Part shown: positions 37,325 to 47,160 of the stretch, one piece after another
Layout of the letters: every line of letters begins with the position of its first letter
Position numbering within the stretch: position 1 is the stretch's first letter
DNA from: a bacterium
GTDB taxonomy: Bacteria > Chloroflexota > Chloroflexia > Chloroflexales > Kallotenuaceae
Assembly (NCBI GenBank): GCA_016781505.1
Contig: JADDQF010000064.1
Location: 3,292 to 67,291 of the forward strand
DNA: 64,000 bases
Reading direction: 5' to 3'
Position numbers and translations under genes: made by a program
The notes under the pieces: model-generated
Database searches by the model: none
What the model saw: the letters and a program-made list of their open reading frames with translations, nothing else
What the model was told of the DNA's origin: nothing

Positions 37325-37804
37325 ATGAACTATCGCCGTCTGCTTCCAAAAACTGGGCAAAGTGTGGTCGAGTTCGCACTGATTATCCCCCTGTTCTTTA
37401 TGGTGCTGTTTGGTATCTTCGAGCTTGGCTATCTCTTCACCATATATACCGGCCTGACGAACAGTGCACGCGAGGTGGCCCGTACAGGGGCAACGTATCA
37501 ATACGCTAACCCAACCAGCATTACCACGCTTGGAGATGTGGATGGAGGGCGTAAAAAAGAGATGGATGGCACGTTTACGGCGACGCTTCACCCACTCATC
37601 GACGCTGCCGATGTCACTCCGACGTACACCTACTACCCGGTAACGCCGTCGAGCAGTATCTACCGTTATGGGGATAAAGTGACTGTCACGCTAACCTACA
37701 CCCATCAGTTTTTCTTCTCCAGGCTGTTGTTTCCGAATAATGCCGACGGAAAGATGTCGATCGTCGCGGAGAGCGAGATGCGATTGGAGCCCGGGGGACG
37801 ATGA
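37325..37804 (+). CDS. tadE: TadE-like minor pilin
   Basis: GQSVVEFALIIP...ARE.AR. Confidence 0.85.
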   Translation: MNYRRLLPKTGQSVVEFALIIPLFFMVLFGIFELGYLFTIYTGLTNSAREVARTGATYQYANPTSITTLGDVDGGRKKEMDGTFTATLHPLIDAADVTPTYTYYPVTPSSSIYRYGDKVTVTLTYTHQFFFSRLLFPNNADGKMSIVAESEMRLEPGGR

Positions 37805-38373
37805 TGAAATTGCGAATCAGACGTAAGAAGGCCCAGTCGATGGTGGAGTTTGCGCTGATTCTGCCGCTGCTGCTGGCCTTGCTGCTCGGCCTTGCGGATT
37901 TTGGTTTTTTGCTGTACGCGCATGTGCAGGTCACGAATGCCACACGTGAGGGCGCACGTGCGGCTTCGCTCTATCTCACCGACCGGTTTCACTACACCTC
38001 CTGCAAGGATAGCTGTCAAACTGGCTATGGCTACGATACCAGTAATTGCTGGACGTTGCGAGACTGGGTCGAAAATGGGCTGGTCGAGCGTAACCGTGAT
38101 CCGAACAGTGGTTGTCCCGTAGCAGGCTATAACACCGCGATTCACTCCTTCGGGCTGCTCAGTCCAAACACATGTGGTAGTGCCAACTGCTGGGAATTGG
38201 TATCCTTGACGAGTAACGGTACGCCAATTACGGGCGATCCGGTAGCAGGTGAGCCGCTCCAGGTGCGCGTCGTGTATCGTTACAACATGCTCTTTCTCGG
38301 AGATTTAGTGGGGTTCACCGCCAATCCGATCCTCATCGATCGAACCGTCATTATGAAGGTTCAGAATACTTAA
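37801..38373 (+). CDS. tadE: TadE/TadF-like minor pilin
   Basis: AQSMVEFALILP...ATREGARAA. ATGA overlap with the previous gene. Confidence 0.85.
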   Translation: MMKLRIRRKKAQSMVEFALILPLLLALLLGLADFGFLLYAHVQVTNATREGARAASLYLTDRFHYTSCKDSCQTGYGYDTSNCWTLRDWVENGLVERNRDPNSGCPVAGYNTAIHSFGLLSPNTCGSANCWELVSLTSNGTPITGDPVAGEPLQVRVVYRYNMLFLGDLVGFTANPILIDRTVIMKVQNT

Positions 38374-38386
38374 GAGGAATGCTGGT

Positions 38387-40624
38387 ATGACTTTGTTCCG
38401 TCGCAGACAATCCGGTCAGGCCATGCCCGTTATTGGCCTCTTTGGGATCACGCTGTTTTTGTTCATGGGCCTTGGTATTGATAGCGGCATGCTCTACCTC
38501 CAGCGGCGGCACCTGCAGAACATTACCGATTCAGCGTGTTTGGCAGCGGCGACGGACATGGTGATGGGTAAAACAAAAGCTGATGCTGATAAGACGGCAC
38601 AGATATATGTCAAAGATAACCTGAACGAAAATGGGAAGCATGCGTTCAACCTGTCGTTTCCTCTAAGCGACTCATTTTTACCGATAACTACCAGCGGTTC
38701 CAGTCTGACCCATGGCGTGCATATAACGGATGCTGGTGATATCCGCGTGGCTGTTACAGCCCCTGCTTCGACTTATTTCCTGCGCGTCGGTGGCATTGAC
38801 ACGTATAACGTCATGGCGCGCACACGGTGTAGCGCCGTTGCCGGCGGCGGTCTTTCGCCAATCGCTGTCAATCGCTTCCCAGGCTATGACGAGGCGGGCA
38901 AACGACGGCTTGGTGTCGCGGATACAAGTGTGACCTTGCCACAATATTACAGCGGCGGCAAGAATCCAAAAACGTTGCAAGTTCGTGATGTGTTGCAGCA
39001 GGATCAGGGGGCCTCAAACCGGGGTGTACTTAACGAAGGAAAGCCGCTCACGACAGGTTGCGGCACCAAGAAGCGCAACTGGTACGGGTGGGGCACGGTT
39101 GATTATCCTAAATCCTTGAGCACGACAGCTTGTCCTGAGGCAAGTCCAAGTGCTCCAGGCCCTGAATTGGAGATCGTTGGCAAATTTGCTAAATCCAACG
39201 TCGGTGATACCTCCTTCAGTGGCGCAGTGGTGCTTGACGCCCGCCAGATCAGTACCGGCCCAGTTTACTATAACACGCTGGTGGGATCGGGCACCAATTT
39301 GAACGCGTGGAAAGCCACCGTCTTTGAATATATCTTGAAGCCATATCCGGGCCCGGATGTGGAGGTGGGAGAACAGCTAGGATATGTCAGCGGTATCAAT
39401 GCTGGGCCGCTCATCAGCGCCTTTGATGCGCGCTTCGATGTAGGTGATCCAGTTACTACTCTGGTTTACGACGGAACAGTTCACAGAGTTGGGGACTTCA
39501 AGCTGTCGATTGCGTGTAAAGCAAGTACATCCAGCGATCGCAATCCAAATTGTAATACTGATGGTGCGTACGCTTTTCGCGATGCTCCACCTGTTGCTCC
39601 TGCAACCGGCGCCGATCCTTTGTTTAGTACGAACTGTAACGATTTCAACGGCAGCTATTATCTTGCGGTTCCCGGCAACCCGGCGACCACCATCAGCGCT
39701 AAGACGAATCCATGGCAAGAAGCATTGTATCCCGCGAAATACATGGTCACGTTAGAGAAATCTTCCTCTACGCAGACGGTCACACTTTCAGCGCGGGTAT
39801 CCGGTGCTAATCCCGGCTCAGGCGACGATTTCGGCGGAATGCGCGTGAGATGGAATGGTGGAAGTTGGCAGACACCTAATACGGCCTTTTCGATAACCCT
39901 ACCCGCGAACACTGTTGTCAATGTTCAACTTGATGTCATTCAAACGGCAACAACAACCAGAACTTGTACCAAGTCAAACGGTACTACAGTGAGCCATACA
40001 GTGCCTGATCACGTGTATGGAGCACACAAACTTCAAGTGATCGGTCAGGGGAGCGCTGCTCAGCTTCAGCATAGTGTCTATGCGACCGTTGCTATGCTAA
40101 ACAATTCCCAGACCTTCAATGCCGGAGATTACTTCTTCTCGGTTGCAGAGGATCCGAGCGGCACGGCGTCAACTGATAGCGAGATCGATGTGCCCCTTCA
40201 GTTCATCGTTGCCAACTCCAACCTAACGGCTCCAGAGGTTGAACTTGATTGCAGCACCTTAGTTTGCAGTTCTGCATCGGCGACGATCTCCAGCGGACCT
40301 TTGTCGGCACAGATTGTAGCTGTTGATAACTATCCTGTGCTACGTATCAAGGTTCCTGCTGGTACAACACCTGGCCAGTATGCCGTCGATGTTCAATGGA
40401 ACAGTCCCATCACACATTCCACCCGTTACTACGTGACGGTGGCGGATCCCGTTAGCCCAAGTGTTAAGCAATGGGTCGTTGTCCTCTGCTACGCGCGTTT
40501 TAAAATTACCGAGATTAGTACCAATGGGGTGAAAGCTAAGGCAATCTCTGGTTGTATAGACCCAGAGAAGGATCCAGCGAAGTTGCTCTCTACCTCCAGG
40601 ATTTTATCGTGGGATTCGCCGTAG
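38387..40624 (+). CDS. Large TadG-like pilus protein (putative tip adhesin)
   Basis: GQAMPVI..GLGIDSG..LQNITDSACLAAA Tad N-terminus, then a long Thr/Ser/Cys-rich beta region. Confidence 0.75.
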   Translation: MTLFRRRQSGQAMPVIGLFGITLFLFMGLGIDSGMLYLQRRHLQNITDSACLAAATDMVMGKTKADADKTAQIYVKDNLNENGKHAFNLSFPLSDSFLPITTSGSSLTHGVHITDAGDIRVAVTAPASTYFLRVGGIDTYNVMARTRCSAVAGGGLSPIAVNRFPGYDEAGKRRLGVADTSVTLPQYYSGGKNPKTLQVRDVLQQDQGASNRGVLNEGKPLTTGCGTKKRNWYGWGTVDYPKSLSTTACPEASPSAPGPELEIVGKFAKSNVGDTSFSGAVVLDARQISTGPVYYNTLVGSGTNLNAWKATVFEYILKPYPGPDVEVGEQLGYVSGINAGPLISAFDARFDVGDPVTTLVYDGTVHRVGDFKLSIACKASTSSDRNPNCNTDGAYAFRDAPPVAPATGADPLFSTNCNDFNGSYYLAVPGNPATTISAKTNPWQEALYPAKYMVTLEKSSSTQTVTLSARVSGANPGSGDDFGGMRVRWNGGSWQTPNTAFSITLPANTVVNVQLDVIQTATTTRTCTKSNGTTVSHTVPDHVYGAHKLQVIGQGSAAQLQHSVYATVAMLNNSQTFNAGDYFFSVAEDPSGTASTDSEIDVPLQFIVANSNLTAPEVELDCSTLVCSSASATISSGPLSAQIVAVDNYPVLRIKVPAGTTPGQYAVDVQWNSPITHSTRYYVTVADPVSPSVKQWVVVLCYARFKITEISTNGVKAKAISGCIDPEKDPAKLLSTSRILSWDSP

Positions 40625-41564
40625 GTGCTAGCGAGGTCGAGACTCTTCGAATTTTTCCTGATGCTGAAGCCAAAATTGCGAGTGGAGCGTCTACCATCTG
40701 CGGTAGATGCTTAGTATTTCCGGTTGTATACCGGCTTGCACGATCATCCGTCGGTGTTGCTTCCTTTATTGTTGTCAAACCGTTCTTTGCTTCCATCAAC
40801 TCTCTGTCCTTTCCAAAGGTTGTGCTTGCCCATTCGCTCCCCCAACCGTCGAGAAATTGCCGTTCAATTACTATAGCCATTCGTTTTGCGATTGATCATT
40901 GCCTTGCCCTTGAGCGGCTGGTAAAATCCGGCAGTCAACAAAAACGCCCCTGCATGACACTCTCTTATGACGCGCATCTATCACGGCCTTTCCCAACGTA
41001 CGTTAAGGACTCACTGGTTGGAGAATTGCGCTTTGCTATGCCGGACTATCCATAAGAATATCTTGAAACCGTTGCACTGGGGCCGCCGCGTCTACGCCAG
41101 CCAAAACACCGGCATCACGTGCTAGATAACTTTTTGATGACACTGGTGTCGCGCGCCATATCCTTTCACCAGCTATGGCGTTTATTACAAGTGAGTACTC
41201 ATAGTAGTACTCTGGGGGACCGGCTTTAGTACCTAAGAGCGTGTTGGCCCATTCACCTAAGGCTGGATGACTGGGTAGCTGGCCTTGGAGTGGTGCACTA
41301 AAACGTTAAAATTGGTTAAAGATAATGTGCCAGACTCTGATTTGCCAGGCAGCTCCATCCATCTATACACGAGGAGTAGTACGAAGGTACGGGTTTATGC
41401 TCTGGACATTCGCGGCTGGGCTTGATACGTTGAACAATGAATGTTGGAGCCAAGCTGCTGGATCTGAGCCTCGTTGCTCACCCCTTGAGCTGGCCCTCTT
41501 CCACTAAAAACAATCAATCCTTCACCGTACTTTCGATTATATTCGCTCAAAGGGAGTGGTCTGC

Positions 41565-42365
41565 ATGCCTCGTCGTCGTGGTTTGATTTTGGTATTATTA
41601 GGCCTGGTATTAGCGCTGGGCACTGGCGCGCTGGTTTTTCTGCTTCTACAAAACGCTGCGCCGACTACCCCGCCTGATGCTGTTCAGAATCAGCCGACCG
41701 CCGTGCCAGTAAAGCGGCTGCCGGTCGCGTCACGCCTGCTCGAAGCGGGTACAATCATTTCGACGTCGGATATTGCCGTCCAAGATTTTCCAATTGATAC
41801 TCCGGCGGTTGGAACGATCACGGATACGACTCAGCTTGTGGGTGAACAGGTGCTTGCGGCCATTCAGGAAGGCGAAGTCTTCCGTGGAACTGCACTCCGC
41901 GGCGCGAGTGGCGGGCCGCTCAGCAACTCGATTTCTCCGGCACGCGTGGTGATTGCCTTTCCAGCTGGAGATTTGCTGAGCCAGACCAGCGTTATCACCC
42001 CCGGCGATCGTGTCGATCTCTTGTTGACACTGGATGTCGTTGATGCGACGGGCATTGGTGGTGAGACGCGTAGTGGTAAATCAACAAACTTTACTGTGCA
42101 AAATATCAATGTGCTGCAGGTTGTGCGCGGCCAGGTAACTGAGCAAAATCCTAATCCAGCGCCGTCCGCTCTGCTTTTAGAGCTTCAGCCCAGCGATGCG
42201 GTACGGGTCAAATTCGTCAAAGATAATGGCGGTGTGATCGACTTTGCCCTGCGTTCCCGACTTGATACCGAAGAGTTTGACGTGGAAGCTTACAACTTAG
42301 ATAACCTGCGGGACGATTTCGGATTCACCGCACCCCGTTCGAATGTTAATCCAACGCCGCAGTAG
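41565..42365 (+). CDS. cpaB: Flp pilus assembly protein CpaB/RcpC (SAF domain)
   Basis: TM, SAF region, ITPGDRVDLL, VQNINVL, FALRS. Confidence 0.85.
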   Translation: MPRRRGLILVLLGLVLALGTGALVFLLLQNAAPTTPPDAVQNQPTAVPVKRLPVASRLLEAGTIISTSDIAVQDFPIDTPAVGTITDTTQLVGEQVLAAIQEGEVFRGTALRGASGGPLSNSISPARVVIAFPAGDLLSQTSVITPGDRVDLLLTLDVVDATGIGGETRSGKSTNFTVQNINVLQVVRGQVTEQNPNPAPSALLLELQPSDAVRVKFVKDNGGVIDFALRSRLDTEEFDVEAYNLDNLRDDFGFTAPRSNVNPTPQ

Positions 42366-42392
42366 TCGGGAAGTGGCACGAGGAGAAGAGTA

Positions 42393-43673
42393 ATGGCTAC
42401 GCAAAATCAGATGTCCGGTTTGCGAATTGTAATCATTGCGCCCGCCGATGCGCTCGATCAGGATTGGATCACTGGACTTCAATCTGAGTCGAGCGTGAAT
42501 GTCCTGGCGCGTGTGGGCGTGCTGCAGCGGGGCATCGAGGCTGTTCAACAGCATCAGCCGAATATCCTGCTGATCGACCGGCCCGTCGAGCAAATTGAAG
42601 AAACGCTCAGCGTAGCATATGCGGTCGCACCGCAAACGTTGTGCGTGGCTGTGCTGCCACAACAAGACATGGCCGCGGTGCGTCGTTTGGTGTCGGCCGG
42701 AGCGCGAGACATTCTGATCAAGCCCTTGCACCACCGTGACATGCTCGCGAGCTTGCGGCAAGTGGTGCAGATGGAAGACGCTCGCCGGCAACGCGCTGGC
42801 CAACCCGCGCTCCTGGCATTGCAGCAGCGCAAGGCGCTGGGCAAAGTGATCGTGGTGATGGGGCCGAAGGGCGGGGTTGGTTCAACAACGGTCGCGACCA
42901 ATCTGGCAGTGGCGCTTAAGCATGTCGGCGGGCACGATGTCGCCTTGGCGGACTTTAGCTTGCAATTTGGCGATGTTGGCGTATTGCTCAACCTGTGGTC
43001 CAAACATACGCTCCATGACCTCGCGATCCATTACGATACCATCGACGATGGCCTGCTGGACCGAGTGCTGGTGCCCCATGCGAGCGGCGTAAAGGTACTG
43101 CTCGCGCCGGGCGAGCCCGAGCTATCCGCCGATATGAGCGGCGTGCAGGTCAATGCGATTATCAAAGCGCTGCGTTCGCGGTTTGCCTATGTGGTCGTGG
43201 ATTGCTGGTCGTTTCTGGACGAGATTACCGAAACGCTGATGGCCGCGGCCGATCAAGTGCTGCTGGTCACCACCCCCGAAATTCCCGCCCTGAAAAACTC
43301 CAAGCAGGCGCTCGAATATTTTACCCGTCATGGTGTGCATAAGGATCACGTTGCACTGGTGCTGAACCGCTTTCCCAGTGTCAAAGGCGTGACCTTGCAA
43401 GATATTCAGCAGCATTTGCGGCATCCGGTGCAGGCGAATCTGCCCAGTGATGGCCCGGCCGTGACCTATGCCGCTAACAAGGGTATTCCCGTGGTGCAAA
43501 GCCATCCGCAAAGCTGGGTAGCGCAAAGCTTCCTTAAGCTGGCGGCCTGGGTAGCGGGCGATACTGTCGAGACGATATCGCAAGGACCGGCCGGGGCGGC
43601 GCTGCCAACCTTGGCTGAGCCAAAGCCGGTCAAGGCTAAGTGGCGGCTTGGTTTACGCAAGTCGGGCAGCTAA
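42393..43673 (+). CDS. cpaE: CpaE/TadZ: atypical receiver domain + MinD/ParA-type ATPase
   Basis: GPKGGVGSTTVATNLA, DFSLQFGD, ADQVLLVTTPEIPAL. Confidence 0.88.
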   Translation: MATQNQMSGLRIVIIAPADALDQDWITGLQSESSVNVLARVGVLQRGIEAVQQHQPNILLIDRPVEQIEETLSVAYAVAPQTLCVAVLPQQDMAAVRRLVSAGARDILIKPLHHRDMLASLRQVVQMEDARRQRAGQPALLALQQRKALGKVIVVMGPKGGVGSTTVATNLAVALKHVGGHDVALADFSLQFGDVGVLLNLWSKHTLHDLAIHYDTIDDGLLDRVLVPHASGVKVLLAPGEPELSADMSGVQVNAIIKALRSRFAYVVVDCWSFLDEITETLMAAADQVLLVTTPEIPALKNSKQALEYFTRHGVHKDHVALVLNRFPSVKGVTLQDIQQHLRHPVQANLPSDGPAVTYAANKGIPVVQSHPQSWVAQSFLKLAAWVAGDTVETISQGPAGAALPTLAEPKPVKAKWRLGLRKSGS

Positions 43674-43737
43674 GCAACAATGTGTAGATGTGGATCACGG
43701 CCCATAGCCGAGTAGTGAGCGATCAGGAGCTAACGAT

Positions 43738-45129
43738 ATGCCGCGCTTTCGGATGCGACCATCCAACGGTCATCAAGATGTTCAACCAGATGCTCCGGCG
43801 GCATTGCCGCCATTGTTGAAGCGCGCTGCCCAGCAGCCCGAGGTGAGCAGCATCACCGAAGAGCAGCGCGCGCTCGTCGGCCGGGTGCAGGAGCGTCTGC
43901 TCAAGCAGATCGAGGCCCGCTTCGAGCAGGAGGTGCGCGATACGGAGCGCCTTCAGCGGCATATTGCCAACGCGGTTAATGCCGTGCTGGAAGAAGATAA
44001 CTCGGTCATTCCTGAGCGTGAGCGTATGCGGCTGCAGCGGATGGTTCAGGCCGAGGTGATTGGCCTCGGCCCGTTGGAAGAGCTGCTGGCCGACGAGTCG
44101 ATCAGCGAAATCATGGTCAACGGTCCGCACGAGGTTTTTGTGGAGCGCGAAGGCGTGCTGCAAGAGTCCTCGATGCGCTTCAACGACGATGGGCATGTCC
44201 GCCGGGTGATCGACCGCATTGTTGCGCCGCTTGGTCGCCGGATCAGTGAGTCGACCCCGATGGTGGATGCGCGCCTGCCCGACGGCTCGCGGGTCAACAT
44301 CGTGATCCCGCCGATCGCGCTCAACGGTCCGACCATCACGATCCGTAAATTTGCATCCACCCCACTGACCGCCGAAGATTTTGTCCGCAATGGCGCGGTC
44401 TCCCCGGAGGCAATGGAGTTCTTGCAGGCTTGCGTGAAGGGCCGCATGAACGTTGTCGTTACCGGTGGTACCGGTGCGGGCAAGACGACCCTGCTCAACG
44501 TGTTGTCGAGCTTTATTCCCGACAATGAGCGGATTGTGACCATCGAAAACGCGGCCGAGCTGCAGCTCCAGCAGCGCCATGTCGTCACGCTCGAGTCGCG
44601 GCCAGCCAATATCGAAGGCAAAAACGAGATCACCATTCGGGATCTGGTGGTTAACTCGCTGCGTATGCGGCCCAACCGCGTAGTGGTGGGCGAGTGCCGC
44701 AGCGGTGAAACCCTGGACATGCTTCAGGCGATGAACACCGGTCACGACGGGTCGATGACCACGATCCACGCCAACAACCCGCGGGACGCCATTGGACGTT
44801 TGGAAACGATGGTGCTGATGTCGGGCATGGATCTGCCGGTGCGCGCGATCCGTGAGCAAATCTCCTCCGCCATCAACGTTATCGTGCATGTGGACCGGTT
44901 TATGGATGGTTCGCGTCGGGTCAGCAAGATCTGTGAAGTAACCGGCATGGAAGGTGACGTAGTCACGATGTCGGACATTTTTGTTTTCCGGCAGGAAGGC
45001 ATGGACGGCAGCCGGGTGAAGGGCCGTATGATGCCCACCGGTATTCGACCGCGTCTGCTCGATCAGCTGAAGCGCTTTGATATTAATCTGCCGGTGACAA
45101 CCTTTGGCTTCATGCCGGTAGGCCGCTAA
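43738..45129 (+). CDS. cpaF: CpaF/TadA pilus ATPase
   Basis: GLGPLEELL, VDARLPDGSRVN, GGTGAGKTT, LRMRPNRVVVGECR, AMNTGHDGSMTTIHAN. Confidence 0.95.
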   Translation: MPRFRMRPSNGHQDVQPDAPAALPPLLKRAAQQPEVSSITEEQRALVGRVQERLLKQIEARFEQEVRDTERLQRHIANAVNAVLEEDNSVIPERERMRLQRMVQAEVIGLGPLEELLADESISEIMVNGPHEVFVEREGVLQESSMRFNDDGHVRRVIDRIVAPLGRRISESTPMVDARLPDGSRVNIVIPPIALNGPTITIRKFASTPLTAEDFVRNGAVSPEAMEFLQACVKGRMNVVVTGGTGAGKTTLLNVLSSFIPDNERIVTIENAAELQLQQRHVVTLESRPANIEGKNEITIRDLVVNSLRMRPNRVVVGECRSGETLDMLQAMNTGHDGSMTTIHANNPRDAIGRLETMVLMSGMDLPVRAIREQISSAINVIVHVDRFMDGSRRVSKICEVTGMEGDVVTMSDIFVFRQEGMDGSRVKGRMMPTGIRPRLLDQLKRFDINLPVTTFGFMPVGR

Positions 45130-45194
45130 GAGCATCGGCCGGCGCGGAGGCCCGTGCGGGTCAGTACAATCTCGCGCCGAGGGGAGCAGGAACT

Positions 45195-46145
45195 ATGGAC
45201 ATGATGTATGTCGGGGCGGCGGTTTTAGCTGGTTTAGCTATCTTCTTGTCGATCCTGGGCTTGAATAGCCTGATCACAGCCAGCTCCGAGGTCGACGATC
45301 GCCTGGACGCGTACGCGACGATGAACACGATGTTCAACGCGAGCCTGGATGACCAGGCTCGCCTTGGCGAGCGCGTCAACTCGTATCTTAACGAGCGCGG
45401 CTTTACCGGCAGCATCGCAGCGGCGTTAGCGCGGGCTGATGTCAAGCTGACCGTGCTTGAATATATGCTGATCAAGCTGGCGCTACTGCTCACGCCCTTG
45501 ATCCTGCTCTGGCTCTTCACCGGCCAGCTGATCGGCGGCCTGTTCCTGGGTGCCGTCTTTTTCTTTGTCCCGGACCTTTGGCTGCGCCAACGGGAAGCGA
45601 AGCGCAGTGCGGATTTTGCCCAGCAGTTGCCGGATACCTTGGCCTTGATCGTGAGTGGTTTGCGGGCCGGCTTTAGCTTACAGCAGTCGCTGCTGAACGT
45701 GGCCAAGGAAGCGCCCGAGCCCACCGCGACTGAATTCAAGCGGCTGGGCCAGGAGGTACAGCTGGGCGTGGCACTGCACGAGGCACTGGATGGCCTGGTG
45801 CGCCGCATCAAGAGCCCCGATCTGGACATGATCGTGAGCGTCTTCAAGATTCACAGTCGGGTCGGTGGCAATTTATCGCAGGTGCTGGAAACGGTTAGTA
45901 CCACGATTCGGGAGCGGGTACGGCTTCGGCGTGAGGTGCAGGTGATCACCGCACAACAGCGCTACGCCAGCTATGTGCTGGGCGCGATGCCGCCGATCCT
46001 GGGGTTGATTCTGCTGAGCATCAATCCTCAATACATGTTGGAGATGTTCCAGTGGAATGTCTTTTTGTGCATTCCAATTGGCGCTACGGTGATGACGGTG
46101 CTCGGATTTCTGGCCATTCGCAAGATTGTTGATATCAAAATCTAA
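45195..46145 (+). CDS. tadB: TadB (T2SSF family)
   Basis: QLPDTL.LI.SGLRAGFSL, GGNLSQVL...IRER. Confidence 0.9.
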   Translation: MDMMYVGAAVLAGLAIFLSILGLNSLITASSEVDDRLDAYATMNTMFNASLDDQARLGERVNSYLNERGFTGSIAAALARADVKLTVLEYMLIKLALLLTPLILLWLFTGQLIGGLFLGAVFFFVPDLWLRQREAKRSADFAQQLPDTLALIVSGLRAGFSLQQSLLNVAKEAPEPTATEFKRLGQEVQLGVALHEALDGLVRRIKSPDLDMIVSVFKIHSRVGGNLSQVLETVSTTIRERVRLRREVQVITAQQRYASYVLGAMPPILGLILLSINPQYMLEMFQWNVFLCIPIGATVMTVLGFLAIRKIVDIKI

Positions 46146-46190
46146 TCCCGCTGCCGGCGTCCAGATCGGCGACGTACGTAGGACCGACCT

Positions 46191-47123
46191 ATGATGATCA
46201 TTATCGCTTCTGTGCTGGTTTCCATAAGCGTGCTGCTGTTCTTTGTTGGACTTGCATACATGCGTACCAGCGGCGAGATGCAACAACGCATGGAGCTTTA
46301 CGGCGGTAGCTTTCAGGGTACCATCGAGGAGCGAGAGCTGCAGCAGCCGTTCTCGCAGCGCGTGCTGCGGCCGCTGATGCGTCGTATGCTCGGCTTGTTT
46401 GCCTGGATCTTGCCGAACAACCGCATCGCGGGCCTGCAACAGCGGCTCACGATGGCGGGCAATCCCGGCGGGATCACGACCGCTGATTTTATCGGCATCA
46501 AAGGCTGGACCACCATTATCATGGGCGCCGTCTTTGCGCTGTATGTGTATCTCGGCGGCGGTGAGATGACCGTGGTCACCTGGCTGATCGGCCTGGTGTT
46601 TGTTTTTATTGGGTTTCGGCTGCCGGACATCTGGCTATCTCGGCAAATCGCCACTCGCCAGCTGGAGCTAACCAACTCGATGCCCGATGCGCTCGATATG
46701 ATGACGATCGCGGTGGAGGCGGGCCTGAGCTTTGAGCAGTCGCTCGGCGAGATTGTAACGCGCTGGGACAACGACCTGGCTAAAGAGTTTCGCCGCGTGC
46801 TCTACGAAGTGGGTGTTGGCATGTCGCGGCGTGAAGCGCTTGAGCATCTGAGTGAGCGCACGGCGGTGCCCGATATTGTCTCCTTTGTGACAGCCATTAA
46901 CCATTCAGAAGAGCTCGGCACGAGCTTAGCCCGCGTGCTGAACGTCCAATCGCAGGAGATGCGCATTCGCCGACGCCAACGTGCACAAGAAGCAGCCAAC
47001 AAAGTGCCGATCAAAATCTTGTTTCCGATGGTCTTTCTGATTTTTCCAGCAATGTTCGCCGTTATCCTCGGTCCGGCGGTCCCACGAATTTTCAGGGCGC
47101 TCGGTGGCGTTATCGGAGGATAA
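46191..47123 (+). CDS. tadC: TadC (T2SSF family)
   Basis: PDALDMMTIAVEAGLSF, RRQRAQEAANKVPIKILFP. Confidence 0.9.
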   Translation: MMIIIASVLVSISVLLFFVGLAYMRTSGEMQQRMELYGGSFQGTIEERELQQPFSQRVLRPLMRRMLGLFAWILPNNRIAGLQQRLTMAGNPGGITTADFIGIKGWTTIIMGAVFALYVYLGGGEMTVVTWLIGLVFVFIGFRLPDIWLSRQIATRQLELTNSMPDALDMMTIAVEAGLSFEQSLGEIVTRWDNDLAKEFRRVLYEVGVGMSRREALEHLSERTAVPDIVSFVTAINHSEELGTSLARVLNVQSQEMRIRRRQRAQEAANKVPIKILFPMVFLIFPAMFAVILGPAVPRIFRALGGVIGG

Positions 47124-47160
47124 GCTTTAGGCTTGGTCGCCAAGCATCACGGAGCGCTGC

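Noticed and set aside
40552..41055. ORFs in the tadG-cpaB spacer as possible Flp pilin or remnants
   Set aside because: No prepilin cleavage motif or pilin-like helix, poor starts, and overlap with tadG.
43723..45135. Long antisense ORFs (470 aa here; also 8740-9696, 17038-18054, 29905-30954, 54781-56241)
   Set aside because: Shadow frames of well-supported genes in GC-rich DNA, with no motifs or RBS.
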